Shown here piece after piece: positions 62,244 to 64,000 of a DNA stretch of 64,000 nt. This DNA comes from an uncultured Hyphomicrobiales bacterium (lineage in GTDB: Bacteria; Pseudomonadota; Alphaproteobacteria; Reyranellales; JAQSWP01). The stretch is taken from NCBI GenBank assembly GCA_964458605.1, contig CAYWLS010000018.1, forward strand, positions 2,886-66,885, in the 5' to 3' direction. A program made the translations under genes and the position numbers. How positions within the stretch are numbered: the stretch's first letter is position 1; every line of letters starts with the position of its first letter. The notes below the pieces were generated by a model, which worked only from the letters and a program-made list of their open reading frames with translations, made no database searches and was not told the origin of the DNA.

Positions 62244-64000
62244 CCTTCCTGCGTCGTATTGCCGGCAGCGGCGGTGACGGCTTCAGCGGCAGTCGCCGCC
62301 GCAGCGGCCGGCTGTGCCGCCAGCAATTGCTGCATTGCGCTGTTCACCGTCAGTGTCAGGTGCGGGAACGGAATCTCGATGCCGCGCGCTTCGAACACGG
62401 CTTTCATACGCCTGTTGAACTCGCGCATGATGTTCCATTGGCTGGCCGCCTTGGTCTTGAACCGGCAGCGCATGACAATGGCCGAATCGGCGAACCGGTC
62501 GAGGCCGAGCATCTCCAAGGGCGCAAGAATCTGTGGCCCGAAGACGGGATCGTGCATCAGATCCTCGCCGATGTCGTTCAATGCTTGGACCACATCGTCG
62601 ACCTTGGTGCCATAGGCCACGTTGGCGTCGATCACCGCGTAAGAGAATTCCTTGGTCATGTTCTCGACCACGCCAACCGAGCCCAGCGGAATGTACTGCA
62701 CGGTGCCGTCCAGTCCTCGCAAGCGCAGCCAGCGGATCGACATCGCCTCGACCACGCCCGAATTGCTGCCGATCTTCACCACATCGCCGACGGCGACCGC
62801 ATCCTCCATGATCAGCGAGAAGCCGCCGATCATGTCCTTGACCAGGTTCTGTGCTCCCAGGCCCAGAGCGATGCCGACGATGCCGGCGCCGGCCAGCAGC
62901 GGACCGATCGCGATGCCGACTTCCGACAGCAGCATCAGCGCGGCCAGCACCAGAACGGTGATTCCGAACAGGTTGCGCGCCACCGGCAGCAGCGTGTTGA
63001 CCCGCGCCCGACCCAGCCGGCCGGTGCGGCCGTTGCGCTCCAAATAGCGCTGCAACGCCAGCGCACCCAGTTCCCATAGCGCCATGGCGCCGACGACGAT
63101 GCCGATGATGCGCAGCACGCCACCCACGATCTGGCGTCCGGGCTGATCCGCGAGCAGGCTGAAGGAATCGAAACCCCAGATGCGCAGCACGATCAGCAGC
63201 GCGATCAGCCCAGCCGCCACCCGCAGCAGCACGAAAACCAGCGACAGGTAGCGGTTGGCGCGCTCCTCCATGGCCGGAAAGCGCCGCTTGACCTCGCGGC
63301 CGATCGCCAGCACCCGCCGCAGCACGCGCTCCGCCCCCCGCTCCGCCGCCACCACCAGCACCAGCACCAGCGCGGTCAGGAAGGTGTCGCGCAGCAGGAA
63401 CTCGAGCCCGGCCCTGGGATGCAGCAGCCAGATCACGAACACGAACAGCACATAGACGATGGCGAAGAGATGCCAGTTGTCGGACAGGCGGGCGCGCAGG
63501 CTGCCGATCGGCGCCGCGCCGCGCCGCGAGGTCTTGAGCCACTGGGCGATGCCGTGGCGGTTCTGCAGGATCACCACCACCATCAGCACGCACATCAGCA
63601 GCCCAAGCAGTCGCTGCAGCGCTGCGTGGGCGGTGAAGGGCAGGCCGAACAGCGCCGCCGTCTCGAGCCCGACATAGCCGAACACGGCGACCAGCACGAA
63701 GCGGCGCAGCCACACATCGGCATAGGCCGCCGTCTCGTCGCTCCAGTTCAGGATCCGCACATGCGAGGCTGCCGGCTGCAGCACGGCGCGGCCCAGCGCC
63801 ACCAGCAGGCCGGAGACCAGCACCGCGTTGATCGCCGCGACGATGATCTCGCTCATATGCACGTGCAGGCGCGCCAGCAGGAACGGCATGGCCAGGAAGG
63901 CGGCCGCGGCGAAAGCGGCCAGCGGCGCGGCGTGGATGAAGAAGGTCAGCACCGCGCCGGCCAGCTTGCCCGTCCAGCTCGACGGCAGGCGCGCCAGGAT
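62240..64000 (-). CDS. mechanosensitive ion channel (MscS family) protein, N-terminus outside window
   Basis: The frame is open to the window edge. Multiple TM segments, then the MscS core LLAGAGIVGIALGLGAQNLVKDMIGGFSLIMEDAVAVGDVV and a beta/alpha-beta C-terminal domain. Confidence 0.85.
   Translation of the reverse strand: MLARLPSSWTGKLAGAVLTFFIHAAPLAAFAAAAFLAMPFLLARLHVHMSEIIVAAINAVLVSGLLVALGRAVLQPAASHVRILNWSDETAAYADVWLRRFVLVAVFGYVGLETAALFGLPFTAHAALQRLLGLLMCVLMVVVILQNRHGIAQWLKTSRRGAAPIGSLRARLSDNWHLFAIVYVLFVFVIWLLHPRAGLEFLLRDTFLTALVLVLVVAAERGAERVLRRVLAIGREVKRRFPAMEERANRYLSLVFVLLRVAAGLIALLIVLRIWGFDSFSLLADQPGRQIVGGVLRIIGIVVGAMALWELGALALQRYLERNGRTGRLGRARVNTLLPVARNLFGITVLVLAALMLLSEVGIAIGPLLAGAGIVGIALGLGAQNLVKDMIGGFSLIMEDAVAVGDVVKIGSNSGVVEAMSIRWLRLRGLDGTVQYIPLGSVGVVENMTKEFSYAVIDANVAYGTKVDDVVQALNDIGEDLMHDPVFGPQILAPLEMLGLDRFADSAIVMRCRFKTKAASQWNIMREFNRRMKAVFEARGIEIPFPHLTLTVNSAMQQLLAAQPAAAAATAAEAVTAAAGNTTQEG

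Overview
This is a GC-rich chromosomal segment of alphaproteobacterial type. It shows strong GC3 bias and many long spurious antisense ORFs. I call about 62 protein-coding genes on both strands, mostly core functions. These include a partial EnvZ-like kinase, phasin, proC, hldD, lgt-midA-pgeF, prs-rplY-pth-ychF, gstA, ahpCD/oxyR and the cytochrome bc1 operon petABC. Also present are trmL-hemF, cca, a CoA-NUDIX hydrolase, a four-gene MoxR/DUF58/DUF4159 envelope operon, pirin and a CopC/CopD copper locus. The remainder comprises a Rieske oxygenase plus SDR, an acyl-CoA synthetase, a Zur-type metal ABC importer, a TRAP transporter with a PEP-mutase-family enzyme, a TetR-HAD-carboxyltransferase unit, recX and a partial MscS channel.

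I found no rRNA, tRNA, CRISPR array, transposase, integrase or phage gene. I found no clear defence or secretion system.

The most noteworthy signals are these:
- A REPIN-like family of paired palindromic repeats has 4 full and 2 partial copies. The ends are conserved, the stems change compensatorily, and one pair of copies brackets an extradiol dioxygenase gene.
- In the copper locus, a beta-barrel-like ORF runs in frame into copC through a G7 homopolymer. It sits next to a Met/His-rich DUF2946-like protein that carries a 15-bp in-frame VNTR.
- Two tandem pairs of equal-length paralogous secreted proteins of unknown family lie around the bc1/hemF region.
- An unannotated 51-codon membrane ORF and a Zur-box-like palindrome precede the metal ABC transporter.
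- A pyridoxamine-phosphate-oxidase-family gene is frameshifted.

All calls come from reading the supplied translations and DNA by eye. No database search was run.
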